From assembly GCA_951406725.2 (NCBI GenBank), contig OX597821.1, forward strand, positions 10,106,001-10,170,000: a DNA stretch of 64,000 nt, written 5' to 3'. A model generated the notes under the pieces. That model was not told the origin of the DNA and searched no databases. It was given only the letters and a program-made list of their open reading frames with translations. The position numbers and the translations under genes are program-made. This document shows, piece after piece, positions 26,119-40,300 of this stretch (its first letter is position 1; every line of letters starts with the position of its first letter). This stretch comes from Octopus vulgaris. Lineage: Eukaryota.

Positions 26119-27514
26119 GTTAAGTCATAGCAAGATTAATAAGCGGATTTTCTCTGACTACTCGTGTGGAAATTTTATATTTTATTGAAAACCTTAAAAT
26201 TTAGTGCATTGATGTAATTGATTGACGCTGAGTCTCATGGGTTAATTCCTTTTTCCAGAAAAAAAATTACGAAAAGTTACAGGGGTTTAAATTTTGATAA
26301 TTTTTACCCTCTCTGAAAGCATAATTTGCACGGCTGCAGGTCTTATAACTATGAACAAATCAAATATTATCTGATTTCTGCATGATGCGCCCCATATTGC
26401 AACTATCGATTGGCTAAAAATAATCAGAATTTGCAAACTTTAAAAGCTATTAACCCTTTATTTATTGATCCATGGAGGAAATGAATTTCTTGTCAGTGAC
26501 TACCATACAAAAGTATATCAACTCTTCAAATCTGAAATATATTTGAACAAAAGTTGTAGAAATTGAAAAGTGACAGCCAAACAGCAAACATTTGCCTTTT
26601 CGATTTCAAACTACAAAGGATAGAATTGCAATACAGGCCTTTCAAGTAAAAAGGATGTTATTGCTTGTTTCGACAATGTACAAATTTTCTAGTCACAATA
26701 AACTAACATGTAATATCTTTTATATAAATTTTCATACAATTTTGTGCTCGCGGATTTCAATCTCAAGCTTAATTGTAATCATAGTGATATTGTTAAACGT
26801 ATAGTACATCGAAATAGATAACTCGTATCAACTGGGAATTTTATTGTGCTGCAAGGTATATTAAGCAGCATATGATTATATTGTCTTGCACGGTATGGAT
26901 TCTAGAAATATGGTATAGATTCTAGAAATATAATTGCAACGATACCAATACGAACAAAACTTCACGTTTACGTTAATAAATTCTTGTTAATGCATTCATT
27001 TTCGTGGATAAACAACTTAATTGGAATAGCTTTCTCCCAAATGGTATCAATAATTACATTAAGAGTCTTTTGATGTCAAGATCATAGAAAAATGTGAGAT
27101 AGTAAATATTTATTGATAATTTACTGCAACGTGAATTAGCTGGTATTAAATCATACATAAGTAAGTAAGAGTGAATTGCTTATGTTGAGACCATAAAATA
27201 TGAACCTCATAGCAGAATGCGAATATAATATGATTTGGAATCTCCGTTTGTCATAGAAATTGAAATGTAATTCAATAAAAAATATTAATGCACTTTTTGC
27301 TAATTCTATACCTGGTGGAGGTGCCTTAATTCCGGCTGACATATATGGGGGTGGGTGGTTTATTCGTATCTTATCTACGACAGTAGGCACTGAGATAACT
27401 ACCCATGATGCAATCACTCCGCCTTTCTGTAATGCACAACACGGCAACAGATCGAAGTCTACTATTAGGCCGGAGATTAAATAATTGGTTATTATCTGCT
27501 TATTATAACAGTCC

Positions 27515-27618
<104 letters not shown>

Positions 27619-27744
27619 TTAGTTGTATATGGACCTGCACGGTTACATTACTTAAATGAATATTGAAAACTTTATGAATGTAAATGTCATATATTCATGT
27701 TCTATTTCATGCACACACACACAAACACACACACACACACATAG

Positions 27745-27797
<53 letters not shown>

Positions 27798-27994
27798 ATC
27801 AAAATATGCAACAGGGTCTCAAGTAGTAATGTGGTACGACCTTTTCTAGCAGCTCTATTTAATTGAACAATGCAATCATGACATCAATTTGAATACGTAA
27901 TCATTCGTTTATTCACTTTGATATTAACACTTATTATTCTATCATATCTCCGATTCGTCATAGCAACTCCCTAATTTTCGAAAAAAATCTCTCT

Positions 27995-29660
27995 CTCACA
28001 ACTAGGGATTACATTGGCATTATTCTCTTATCCCAGAAGACTATCAGAGAATTTGAGGATAAGCTATGGACGAGGCCGATACCCCTGATACTTTCAATAT
28101 ACCTATGGTCTCCTGTGATTCGGCAGAAATTACTAATCTAGTTGGTGTGTATCTCTGAAAGTGCCTTAATAGTGAAGTCCCTGAATAGCAGGGAGCTTTA
28201 TACAGAGACGATGCTCAATTTCTTATCCCTAGCGAAAAACCAATCAGTCAGAAAGAATGAGAAAAAGAATTAGAAATTTTTTAAAAGCTTCAACTGAGAA
28301 ATCACTTTTGAATATGGCACAATTGTGAAAAATTTATTGGATACTACTATAGACATTAACTCAGGATTGTACCACCCCTATAGGAAACCAAGTGAAGTTC
28401 CGAGGTATGTGAACACCTCCTCAAGTCACCTCCCCACCTAATATATTAAAATCAGTAGTCAAATGTATTTCCAAAAGAATTACGAAATTATCGGCAGATA
28501 CAGACATTTTTGATACTCACTCTACCACTATAAATTCCCTTTGTCTAAAGCAGGATACAAACACGGAATTACTTTTCTTAATCCAGAAAGTGCATTACTT
28601 AATAATAGTAGAAATAATGAGAATTTAAGTGAGAGGGAGAATACAGGCCTACGCGGTCGGGAAAACAGACCTACAATGAAAGCATCCAACAAAACCATCA
28701 ATTTAAATAATAAGATATGTAGCAACAGGAAATTAGAGTCTATAACCAGTAGGAATAGTAGTTTAAATAATAAATGTCGTGAGACGATTGGTTGGATTAT
28801 GCCACCCTCTAACAATAAGAAAAATACTGATAGTATAGTCATATGTAATAATCAGGTTGCGTGTTTGGAAGGTAGTGAAAAGAGTAGGTAGATTCCGTCC
28901 TTACATACGTAGGAGGTCTGAAGACTAATGATTTGGTTTCGTATAATGTTCCCTTCGACTGCACGATGCCCACCAACATCCAACATATGTAAGAAATTTA
29001 TGGCAAATTTGGGAAAAAGTTTCCCTGCTACCCATATATATAATTGAATATTTTCCCACAAGACAGCTAGAATATCGTATTCTACCCTCCCCATTATAGG
29101 TTACCATCATAGCTAAGTTAAATAGAAAAATTATAAAATCGGCAAGAGGAGTTAAGAATAATAATAATATTGTCAACGCTAGTATAAACCCCAACATTGA
29201 GAATAACATTAATGGAGATGTAGGAATTAGAAATAACAGTACCAACACATCTAATATGTACAATAGAGACTGTGACTCTGAAGTTTATAACATCACAGGG
29301 ATTACTGATACAATGCCTGTTACAATGTCTGGTAACTTTATATATACAAGATGTTCGGCAAAGATGAAAAAAGTATCAATAACCATTTGTTCATTTTTTA
29401 GACTGAAATATAAAGCCAATTGTGTGTCCTTATCTAGCAAGATTTGAGAACTGAAGGAGAGAGGGATCGAATTTAGACTTAAATGTGATATAACACGTAG
29501 AGCGCAGCCTTATCGAAGTAGTTTATATAGGTTTGAGCTGTGCTCTATGGAAACTTATGAGATTTTTAAGTATAGGGACTAGAACAACCTGATTGATAAT
29601 GCATCAGACCTAAGTGCAGCATGGATGCATAGCATCGTTCGTACATTTAGGTATTTCCGA
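27995..29660 (+). mobile_element. Degraded Penelope-like element (Naiad-type RT + C-terminal GIY-YIG region)
   Basis: FNIPMVSCDSAEITNLVGVYL (cf. FDVTMGSYDGAEV.ELVGLY), LYRDD, YHPYRKP...YVNTSSSH.P, IWF...SNICKKF...GKSFP, IFSHKTARISYS, VSLSSKI*ELKE...RAQPY...ELCSME. Confidence 0.85.
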
Positions 29661-31128
29661 AACATAACGTTTTATGCTTGAACTTTGATGGTGGAAATTA
29701 ATTTCGGTGTCGTATCAGTCATAAACTTACCCTCTAATATTAAATATAATAAAAACATGTGATATTATGTTATAAGGTGAATTAAATTGTATTGCATATG
29801 TTATAGGTATGTGGTGTGCTATATATAATACTGTCCTATGATACCCTTGTCTAGTTAGTCTGACATCATCCTATTTTGGTGATTACACTGCTTTCATTTC
29901 TATGATCTTATGTATATTTGCAGTGACATTATGCAAGTCTCCTTTCGACTAAACTATATATATATATGCATATAAGCACATAAACTTTTATCCTCTTATC
30001 CCTTAAGGATTGTTATTTTTTGTGTTCTTAATTAGATATTTTTCACTTATTTAAATCTATGCAAGATGGTTATACTATATTCATATAAGGATATAATCAT
30101 TTGTGTATATGTATAGTGTGGATGTGTGCACATATATAAATGTGTGTGTATCTTCATGTATCTTTATTGTTTTTTTTTCTGATTCACAGCTTAAAATTAA
30201 TAGATAGATATCATGGTTATTTTCCTAGTTATTTCATACCCTCAGTAGTATTTATAGAAACCACCAAATAAGTAATTAATGAAGTACATGGATGAATATT
30301 AAACTGATTCTATGTAATCTTTCGTTTTTAATGTTTATAATTGATATATACTCACATTTGAAGTGTTTTGGTTATGAAAACATTTTTCAAAATCTTAAAT
30401 TTTATTTTTCATGCAACATAACAATATTGTTTATAAACAATCACCCATTGCGCCCCAAAATAACATTTCTTCTGTATTTACATCTTAGGTTTCTTAGCGT
30501 CATTCCCCTTTAACTGGTAATTAATATCATGAATTAAAGTCTTTCGAAACGCAGCCTCTATTCATAGACATATATTTATATACAATTGACTACTCCTAAT
30601 GTCTTCTTTCCTCCCCGAGGAAAATGGACACATATGATAATATTTATGACCATACCTAGACACAAACTGTCAACTCATTCTGGACCTTTATTCAAAATAG
30701 ACACAGTCTTCTAGCCTTAGATTTAGTAGTTGATAAAGAGATAAATAAATTAGAAATGAATTACAAGCCCCTTACAACATAATGACCCCAATAGCTTCAT
30801 GCGATTCTTGGAAGTGCCATCTATTCTTTGTTACAATAGCTCTAACATGAAATTCTTGCATCTTCTTACTCTGTTCAAATATTTGAATAAAATTATATTA
30901 ATGTAATCTCCTGGTTAAATTTCTATTTATAGATTTGTGCATTTATATTGATATAATGATTGCATTGTTCAATTAAATGAATCCTCTTGAAACGCTCGTA
31001 CTGCATCACAAATTGATATCTTGTCCCATATTTCGATTTTATTCACCTTATTTCGAGCTGTGAGGATGATACCGGACTGATTTGGTGCTTCAACATATGC
31101 ACCTAATTCAAATGAATAGCAAATATTT

Positions 31129-31202
<74 letters not shown>

Positions 31203-31321
31203 AAATAATAAGGGTAAAAAATTTATATTAATTTGAATAATATCAATTTAAACAAGTGGCCAAGCATACTGAAAGAAATCTGAAGATTCAGAAAAAATAC
31301 GTTACATACATATAATAGGCT

Positions 31322-31518
31322 TGACGACTAGGAGGACATCCAATATGCTAAATGTAGACTCCATATGGTCTGACAACGAAGAAAAAATTGCTCTCAAGAA
31401 AATTCGACTAAACTTGAAGGTTCTGGCGTTTGCTGAATTTTCTTGAGAGCAATGTTTTCTTAGTGGTCAGACCATATGGAGTCTACATTTAGCATATTGG
31501 ATGTCCACCTAGTGGTCA
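31322..31518. repeat. Near-perfect inverted repeat (84-bp arms, 29-nt spacer)
   Basis: 31322-31405 is the reverse complement of 31435-31518 with a few mismatches. Confidence 0.93.
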
Positions 31519-31535
31519 TATCGCTTATATGTATG

Positions 31536-31596
<61 letters not shown>

Positions 31597-33280
31597 GTGC
31601 GCGCGTGTGTGTGTGTGTGTTTGTGTGTGTGTGAGTGTGTGTGTGTGTGTGCGTGTGTGTGTATATGTGTGTATTTATGTAAGTATGTTTTTATGTATGT
31701 ATGGACGTGTAAGTATAAAGGAGTGAGTAGTGTGCATGTAAGTAGTTCCATAGCTATTTTTCTGAATATAAATATTAACACCAGTTTTCTTTAATATTTC
31801 AAAGTAAAGGTTATATGCCAACCTAATGTGTTAGTCTGGTTTGGGTCTCTCTTCACCGCAATTATCCAAACGTCTTTTTTGCAAAGCTTTATAGTGTGGC
31901 ATTAACGAGATTCTAATGCCACGCTTCTTCGCTTGCTTTTAACACTATAGCAATGCACAGGACTATCGGAATTAGCAATTTATAATACTTAATTTCCAAT
32001 ATTATGATAAGCAGGACATATCAGATTAGGCCATTAAATATGTGCGTTTTGTTTTCACATAGAAAGGACAGGTATAAGGGTAATAATTCTGCAATATTTG
32101 AATTACCTTTCCTCGAGGGAGGTATAAACTTCAATCATGCAATTACATATGCATTAAACTACGATGCGGTAGTAACTTATTTAATCGAATTTATTATATA
32201 CTACCTAGTTCTACCTTTTGAAATCTAAGTTAACAGAATTGGAATTGTGGATATAATGTTGGTGAACCACCTTCTGGGAAAAAGAGTGAATGAGACTAAC
32301 TACCGAACAGTGTACTGGGGAACATATTCCTACTAGCGTTCGTAAATATCTGCGTTCCTTCGTAACTAAGGTTTCCACAAAAGTTATCTGAACTAGCTGC
32401 GAACGAAAACACTTTCAACTGCACTTTATTGTACGTGAAAACTATGTTTATGCGGCAGCAAGCAATGCTTTTGCATTTCGTGGCATCTTTAATAATCTTT
32501 CATTTGCCCTTTTGGAATTTGTTTGCACTACCAATTTTATTGCACATTTCAAATCCGCATTTATAGAAGAAATCGAATTCCCAGATTGGCTAGAACAACA
32601 ATTAGGTGTTGGTCCCAAATAGGGAGATTAAATGTAACTTATCAGGTAAGAACCAACAGGCTTGAACATAAACTTGCAAGTTACCCACTTGAATAAAATG
32701 AAGATCGACAAATACGAAGAGAGAACATTGACAAAACGAAGCAAGCAGATATCATGCCACAACAGCACCAGAGTTCAACGATGTAGAACATCAGGAAACC
32801 CTACGTGAAACGTATCGAGGTTAACGAGAAAGCAGCATAAAAATGTGTTGTTTAATATTCGAGACGTTTAATGCAGAAAGCAATGTCAGAGATGATTCAG
32901 AGCTTTCGTAAAAAGACATTAGGGAAAAACAAGTAGCCATTTTACTGAATAATGTCAAAGAAATAGAGAGATCCTATCCTCAGTATGTGGCTTTGAGATT
33001 AAGAAATAAGCTTCCAACATGGTAATGCATAATTTCCTCTTCTGCGGTATATCCTAATGAAGTGAAAATACACTTTAATGCAAATAAAAATGAATATATC
33101 GTTTTTTTAGGAAATATACTCTATTGTGATTACTCAGATTTCTGATTTTCATTCGAAGTAAAAATTAGTAGATCCAAATAACAACAACAACAACAACAAC
33201 AACAACAATAATAATAATAATAAAGACGACAACGACAACGAAGGTGATGATGATGATGATGGTGATGATAATAATAATAG

Positions 33281-33814
33281 TTGATGCAGTACCAGGTGGT
33301 GGCTTTTATGGTTTGTGATCATAACTGATTGGACGTGTTATCATGTACATTGTTTTGTTTTCGTATTGAGCACCCTGCTCAATACCACAGATATGCTTGT
33401 CAGTTGTTTGACTTTTGCCAGTTGATCATGTCACTTAGTGGTTGCCGATGCATACATTTCTGATCGCAGGCGGAAGGAGTGTGGGAGCATCATAGCCATG
33501 TGTTTAGAGAAATTCTTTGGGTTTTTGATAATTCAAATTTGGGAACATGGGTGTTTCGTTCGACATCATCAAACAGCCCATCTTCAGGGTCCTTTTAAGC
33601 GGGATGGGCTACTCGATCTGGAGAAAATTCTAACTAGGCCCCATCTGAAAGGCCATGCGCTGTTTATCTTGATATGAGATCACCATATTATGCTCATATG
33701 GTTGTGAAGCATGTGCCTAGGGTACCCTGATCAGAGAGGTAGTCATGATGGGTTTATTGGGCTTCGTTTACTTTATCCCAGTGTCATTTGATGGCATGCA
33801 CTATCCTGTCACTC
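33281..33814 (+). mobile_element. TAA-tailed non-coding retroposon, copy 3 (near full length)
   Basis: tgatgcagtaccaggtggtggc ... cactatcctgtcactc; lies between TAA-like arrays. Confidence 0.85.
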
Positions 33815-33835
33815 AAAATAAAACTAAAATAATAA

Positions 33836-33895
<60 letters not shown>

Positions 33896-33897
33896 CA

Positions 33898-34092
33898 ATG
33901 TTTTCTAGTCTAGACACGTTGCCCGAAACATTTGGGGAGGTGGCCAATCGATTAGATCGACCCGGTACACATCGCAGAAAGTATGAAAGGTAAAGTCGAT
34001 CTCGGCGGAATTAGAGTTCAGAACGAAAGAACAGACGGAACATCGCTAACCATTTCATCCGGCACGCTAACGTTTCAGCAAGCTCGCCGCTT
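33898..34092 (-). mobile_element. tRNA-derived SINE (family B)
   Basis: gtcgatctcggcggaattagagttcagaacg...cacgctaacgtttcagcaagctcgccgc. Confidence 0.75.
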
Positions 34093-34970
34093 TAATAGTA
34101 ATAATAATATATATATATTATTAGTATTATTATTATTATATATATATATATATATATAGTAAACAGGAAACTGTAGCCCACAATGTAGCCGACTTTGCAA
34201 TACTGATGTAAACAAAACTGTAAAATAGCCCTGAAATCGAAATATCTGCCAAATTTTAACCCTCAAACCATCACAAATAAAAACAGTTTCGTAAGAATCC
34301 ATGCACTAAGCCATGTAATAATTACTTGGTAAAATTTCCTGGTAGTGTTTATTCGACCAGGGAGATTTGCGATTTTACGTAAAAATGACTCAAATGTAGA
34401 TACGGACCTCGCATTAGCTGTTGCAATGTCTTGCATGTAATAAATTTGGTATTGATGGAAATGTAGCATCTTCGTCCAAGAAATGCAAAATCATTAAAGA
34501 ACACCTCTTTATGCTTTGCTTTCGACCCAAAGATTTAACCTCTGTTATTCGCCACTAACGATCTCCTGTGGCATTGTGAAATACAGGTCAAATGATGGTG
34601 AAGCTACGTTGAAAACAACGCAACAATGCAATAATTATTCTCACATCGACTTGCATAGGAAGCATGGGACAATGTCTTCCTCGAATCTGTAGATTTATAC
34701 TTGAACGTCGAGTGTTTTAACCGTTATATTCATCAATCAGTTACGTAAGTCAAAAAGTATCAGTGCATTGATTGTGTTTATCTATCCCAGCCATAATTTA
34801 TATATTTTGTAAAATAAAATTAGTTAACTAAAAAAACATCCCGCTGCTTTCTCTATTGCTATAAATGCTGTTAACATACAAGAAACTGATTACAGAGTAA
34901 TAAATATTAATGCACCAAAAACAAATGTAAGATGTTTATAAAATGTAGATTTTCTAGTTGTAGTAGATAC

Positions 34971-35007
<37 letters not shown>

Positions 35008-35487
35008 GAGTGAGAGAGCAGTTCATGCCATCAAAGTGACACTGGGGTAAAATATACGAAGCCCAATATACCCATCATGACTACCCGTCTGATAAAGGGT
35101 ACACCAGGCACATGCATCACAACCATATATGCGCGACATGGTGATCTCATATCAAGATAAACAGCACATGACCTTGCAGGTGGGGCCCAGTTAGAATTTT
35201 CTTCAGGTCGAGTATCCCATCCCGCTCAAAAGGTCCCTGAATAAGGGTTGTTTAAGGATGTTGAAAGAACCACCCATGTTTCCAGAGGTGAATTATTCAA
35301 ACCCCAAAGAATCCCTCTCAACACATGGCTATGATGCTCCCCCACTACTTCTGCTCGTGATCAGAGATGCACATATCGTCAGCCACTAAGGGACATGCTC
35401 AACTGGTTAAGGTCAAACAACTGACAAGCAAATCTGTGGTATTGAGCAGAATGTTTGCTGTAGCCCATCTTTTATACCAAGACAAAA

Positions 35488-35489
<2 letters not shown>
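35008..35489 (-). mobile_element. TAA-tailed non-coding retroposon, copy 4
   Basis: Reverse complement of copies 1 and 3; clean (TTA)n on both sides. Confidence 0.9.
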
Positions 35490-35535
<46 letters not shown>

Positions 35536-35536
35536 T

Positions 35537-35887
35537 AAGGTGGTGACCGACAGAATCGCCAGGGTGCTGAACTTAATACTTACCAGGAGTTTGCGTTTAA
35601 ATTCCAACGAGGTTGACTATAACTTCAATCATTTCGGGGTCGATAAAGTGAGTATCATTTGTGTGCTGAGGTCGATTTAATATCAGAATAGTTAACACGC
35701 AGGATAAAATGGTTAGCGGTATTTCAGCCGTCACTTCGTTCTGAGTTCAAGTTCCGCCAAGTTCGACTTTGCATTTCATACTTTCTAGGTCTGTAAATTA
35801 AGTGTCAATGAAACACTGGCGTCGATGTAAGTGATTGGTCCCCTCCTTCAAAGAAATGTAGGCCTTGTGCTTATAATAGAAAAAGAT
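35537..35887 (+). mobile_element. Two tandem tRNA-SINEs (family B)
   Basis: Heads at ~35537 and ~35683, each with an aattcc/gttcaagttccgcc B-box-like segment and the gtcgac-tttgc-tttcat body. Confidence 0.7.
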
Positions 35888-35919
35888 TACTATTATTATT
35901 ATTATTATTATTATTATTA

Positions 35920-36431
35920 GTTAGAGTGAAAGCAGAGCATTCCATCAAAGTGACACTGGGGTAAAATATACGAAGCCCAGTATAGCCATCATGGTTACCC
36001 GTCTGATAAGGGCATACCAGGCACAGGCACCACAACTATATGAGCGTGACATGGTGATGTCTAATCAAGATAAACAGCTCATTACCTTGCAAGTGGGTCC
36101 CATCTAGAATTCTCTTCCGGTCGAGTAGCTCATCCGACTCGAATGGTCTTTCAATAAGACTTGTTTAAGGATGTTGAACGAAACACCCATGTTTCCAGAG
36201 GTGAATTATTCACCCCCACCAAAATTCCTCTAAACACCTAGCTATGATGCTCCTCCACTAGTTCTGTTCGTGATCGGAGATGCACATGTCCTCAGTCACT
36301 AAAGGAGATGCTCAACTGCTAAACGTCAAACAACTCTCAAGCAAATCTGTGATATTGAGCAGAATATTTCATGTAGCCCATCTTTTATAGGAAGACAAAA
36401 CAATGTACCTTATAACACTTCCAATCAGTTA
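35920..36431 (-). mobile_element. TAA-tailed non-coding retroposon, copy 5
   Basis: Direct homologue of copy 4; between (TTA)n arrays. Confidence 0.88.
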
Positions 36432-36453
36432 TATTATTACTACTACTATTATT

Positions 36454-36507
<54 letters not shown>

Positions 36508-36828
36508 GGTTGGCATCCTTTTGGTCTCGGGAGGCAATGGAGTTGCGCATAAAATAGTCTAGTCCGGCTTTTACATTTCATGTCCTGATACATTTCCTGT
36601 TGTTGCTGTGTAGTCCTATCCTGGACAAACACTCCCTCTGGCAGGTACTGCAAATGTAGCGAAGACTGTCCCTGGCTGGTTCCTATTGGTTAGCTACTGC
36701 CCACCTCAAGCTGAGCAGCCCCCAGTTAATAAGGTGCTGACCCGCCACAGGCCGCCTGCTTCATTGGGTGCTTGGAGCTAAGAGTTTGACTTGAAAAGCA
36801 GCCTGCAACCTCTGCACCAAGCAAACGA
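36508..36828 (-). mobile_element. RTE-derived short non-autonomous element (bipartite 5'+3' type)
   Basis: Minus strand has RTE 5'-region-like agctccaagcacccaatgaagcaggcggcctgtggcgggtcagcacctta...ggggctgctcagcttgaggtggg and ends gcgcaactccattgcctcccgagaccaaaaggatgccaacc + (AAT)n, like an RTE 3' end. Confidence 0.55.
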
Positions 36829-36829
36829 C

Positions 36830-36905
<76 letters not shown>

Positions 36906-36968
36906 GTCATTATTATTATTACTACTACTATTACTATCATCATCATCCTAATCATCATCATCATCATA

Positions 36969-37025
<57 letters not shown>

Positions 37026-37029
37026 GTCA

Positions 37030-37145
37030 TTATGTTTGACTTCAGCTTTGTATTTGTACAAGTTGACGCCAAGTCTCACCCAGAGTTCTCAAGAGAAAAC
37101 AAGTTAGAAGTTCATGTTGTTGTTATGCCTAAGGTGTCTTCCACT
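37030..37145 (-). mobile_element. R4/Dong-type 3' UTR fragment
   Basis: Reverse complement of 9860-9962 (tgtttgac...aagtctcaccc...caagttagaagttcatgttg...tatgcct). Confidence 0.8.
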
Positions 37146-37310
37146 TAGTATTGTTTCAGAGAATAATCGTTCATAATTATTTTGAACTCAACAAAGACAT
37201 GTTTGCTGTCGAAATATTATTCAAACAATAAAATATCTACTGCATTTGTCTTGTCTGTTTACCTTTGGGAAGAGTTACGCCAATCCTTTTAAAAATATCA
37301 TTATTATTAT

Positions 37311-40300
37311 TTCATGTTTGACTATTGCTTTGCCTTTGTACAAGTTAGATCCAAGTCTCACCCAAGAGAAACAAGTTAGAAGTTCATATTGGTGTTATGC
37401 CTAGGGTGCCATATATTTGGTTTTGTACACAGTGCTGTTCTAGAGAATGTTTAAGAAACCAAAAGAAAATTATGCGTTTGTTTTAAAATTTGAGATGACG
37501 TAGACAGTATTCTACGTAGAATATGGTCAGTTCCCATGAACATTATCTTTTGAATTTCTGCCATTTGAGGATTTCCCGGTATCTGAGCTAGGTAGAAATT
37601 AGCCCCTTTTGCTATCATTCCTAGGGCATCTATGACAACAGGTATTGTTTTATAGTTGAGGTTCCACATTTTGCTAATTGCTATTTCAAGATCTTTATAG
37701 TTGTTCAGTTCTTGGTTGATAAAAGTAGCTTTTGCACGTTTATCGAAGCCAAATTGAATCCGGATTTCATCACTGAACTGTTTAACAATCGCTAGTAAGG
37801 CCTTGAGATTTTGGTAACTTTTTGCAAATAGATTTAAATCATCCTTGAAAACGGGATGATTTATATTATTATCAAGCATTTTGTAACCGTACTGTGCACC
37901 ATTGAATCATTTGGACCCTATTAAGGCTAGACAAAAGAGGTGTGGTGATAGTGAGTCACCCTGGAAAAATGCCACATGAATTTTTTACATCTCCAGCATC
38001 TAGACATTCATTATCACTGTTCAGAGTCGGTGTGTTTCTCCATGATCTAATACACAGATTTTCGCAGAGCAGGAGCTATTTTAGACATTTCCAGATATTT
38101 CTTAGTCCAGCTATGTAGTAGGCTATCAAAAGCTTTTTATAGTCTACCCAGGCTATTGACAAGATTTTGTTGTCGTTTATGACAATCTTCTAAGATCATC
38201 TTATTGATGAATAGCTGATCTTTACAACCATAAGATCCACGTTTACATCATTTTTGCTCATTAGGGAATATGTTACTTTCTATTAAAAAAACTATTGGTA
38301 TATTCAGTCAGGACAAATGTCAGCGTTTTGTACATAGTTATTAAGCAGGCAATGGGTCGATGATTCTCGGTTCATTTATTTCTTCATTTTTTGAAAGTAG
38401 GAATGTTAAACCATTAGCTAGCAATGAGGGGATGATACTCGGATATTGCAAAACATCGTTGTAAAGTTTTGTTAGTAGTTCATGGCTCTCTGGGAAAGCA
38501 TTCAACCAGAAGTTAGGAATTTTATCCTTTCCTGGAGACTTCCATTTGCTTGACCTCCAGAAAGCAATTCATATATCTTCTAACTGGACACCCTCCCACT
38601 TAGGAGTCTAAGTGTGTAGATATTCTATCAATCCAAGGGACGTAGTTTTTTCTTCTGCCCAAATTTTATTCCAAAATTCCTGCACTTCTTCTTTTGATGA
38701 GACAGACTTTACAGTAACTGGTATCTTTCTTATATTCCTGTGAAAACCCTTGTGGTTATTTTTGAACATGTTGTTGTCCTAGAAGAATCTAACGCGCTTT
38801 TCCTACCTTTCTATGTGGAAAGCTTCAGAATATATCTTTTGCTTGAAGGTTTCTATGTCAAATATGGTTTTTCTATTATATTTCTTCTTTAATTTTCGGA
38901 TTTGATAATCTTGTTAAACTTAAGGATTTTCAAACATTCTATGTCAGACCTAAATATCTTATTTGGTGTTGACTACGTTCTTGCCAAGAAGGCTTTTTGT
39001 GGGAATGTTGTCGTTTTATAAACTTTTCGCCACATAAAATTGCTGAGATTTTCGCGGATGCATAGTACAGGTGGTTGAGATCTGAAATATCAACATCATA
39101 AGGTGAAATTACATTTTAAGTCAAAGGGGGATTTTAACAATTATTTTCAGCTTTTGGTTAGAATTGCGAATTTTTAGGAGAGTATCGCGTTCATTCATAC
39201 TGGTTTCTTTAATTTTCTGCAATTGAGTCATGATTTGATTTTTTAGATTAGGTAGTTCTGTTTGGTCAATTTATGTGTGACTTTCTTCATCTATTTGATT
39301 TTAATCTGCCTTAGTGTTTATGGTTAGTTCAGGGTGTATTTCACTTTGCTTATTACTTATATTAACTCTTCCAATCATTACAGTATTTTCATCAGCCCTG
39401 GGCTGGTCTATGATTATTTCCTCTGTAGTATCTTCTTTAGCTGCAGCTTCGTTCTTTTTATCCCTTACCGCCTGTTTAATTTGGTCAATCTCTGCTTCTG
39501 TTAGTAATGTTTTTCATAACGTTTCTTCTGACGTTAGCAACTTTGTTACTGTCTATGTAGGGTCTTACTTCAATGTGTTTCTGTCTCCAGTTTAAGTAGG
39601 TTTGTACAGTATTAGATTTATTGGTGGGGAAATATATGGGATGGTAGAAGGCCGTAAGGACGTCATTATCTTCTCTAGACCATTTTTCATTCTTTTTCTT
39701 TTGGTTGTTTGATGACAGGCATATATAGTCATTTGTTGGAATATTCCGGTTGTGGGGTACCTCCAGTTCCTGTGTGTCGGGAAGATTTTAATCAGTAGCT
39801 GATTTCTCGAAGTGAATCTGGTTCCTCATTCGAGTACGTGACCTTTTGTAATCCCGACGATGAACTGTGAAGCATGACGAGCTTCGACGTCGACATTAGG
39901 GGACGGATCTGTCTTTTTAGGGTAATTTTTTTGATGCAACACCGTCTCTGAGGTCTCTGCATGTAAACATTACTCGTAACGTAGCTTCTTAAAACTAACA
40001 AATCTATATCGAATACGTAGCCCTTTGAGAATCGGTCGACGAATAATCTGATTTGTAATTTGCTTTGTTATCATTGAGGCATGAACAGCTTGGTATTAGG
40101 GGATGGTATTAGGGAATGTGTTTGTCTGGTTGGTATTAGGGGATGTGTTTGTCTGTTTAGGGTCAATTTTTGAGACAACACCATCACCGACTTCTCTGCC
40201 AGTAAACATTGCTCGTACCGTAGCTTCGTAAGACTAACAGATTTGTATTCGTTTGTATTTTTTTGTTCATATGTTTATCTCCAAGCATAGTTCTTTGTGG

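Noticed and set aside
30520-30556. Possible degenerate hammerhead downstream of the Penelope remnant
   Set aside because: The CUGAUGA core is not intact and the stems are unconvincing.
34300-34700. Possible hAT dimerisation-domain relic on minus (TFPSI...ATANARSVSTF)
   Set aside because: Too degenerate to support by eye.
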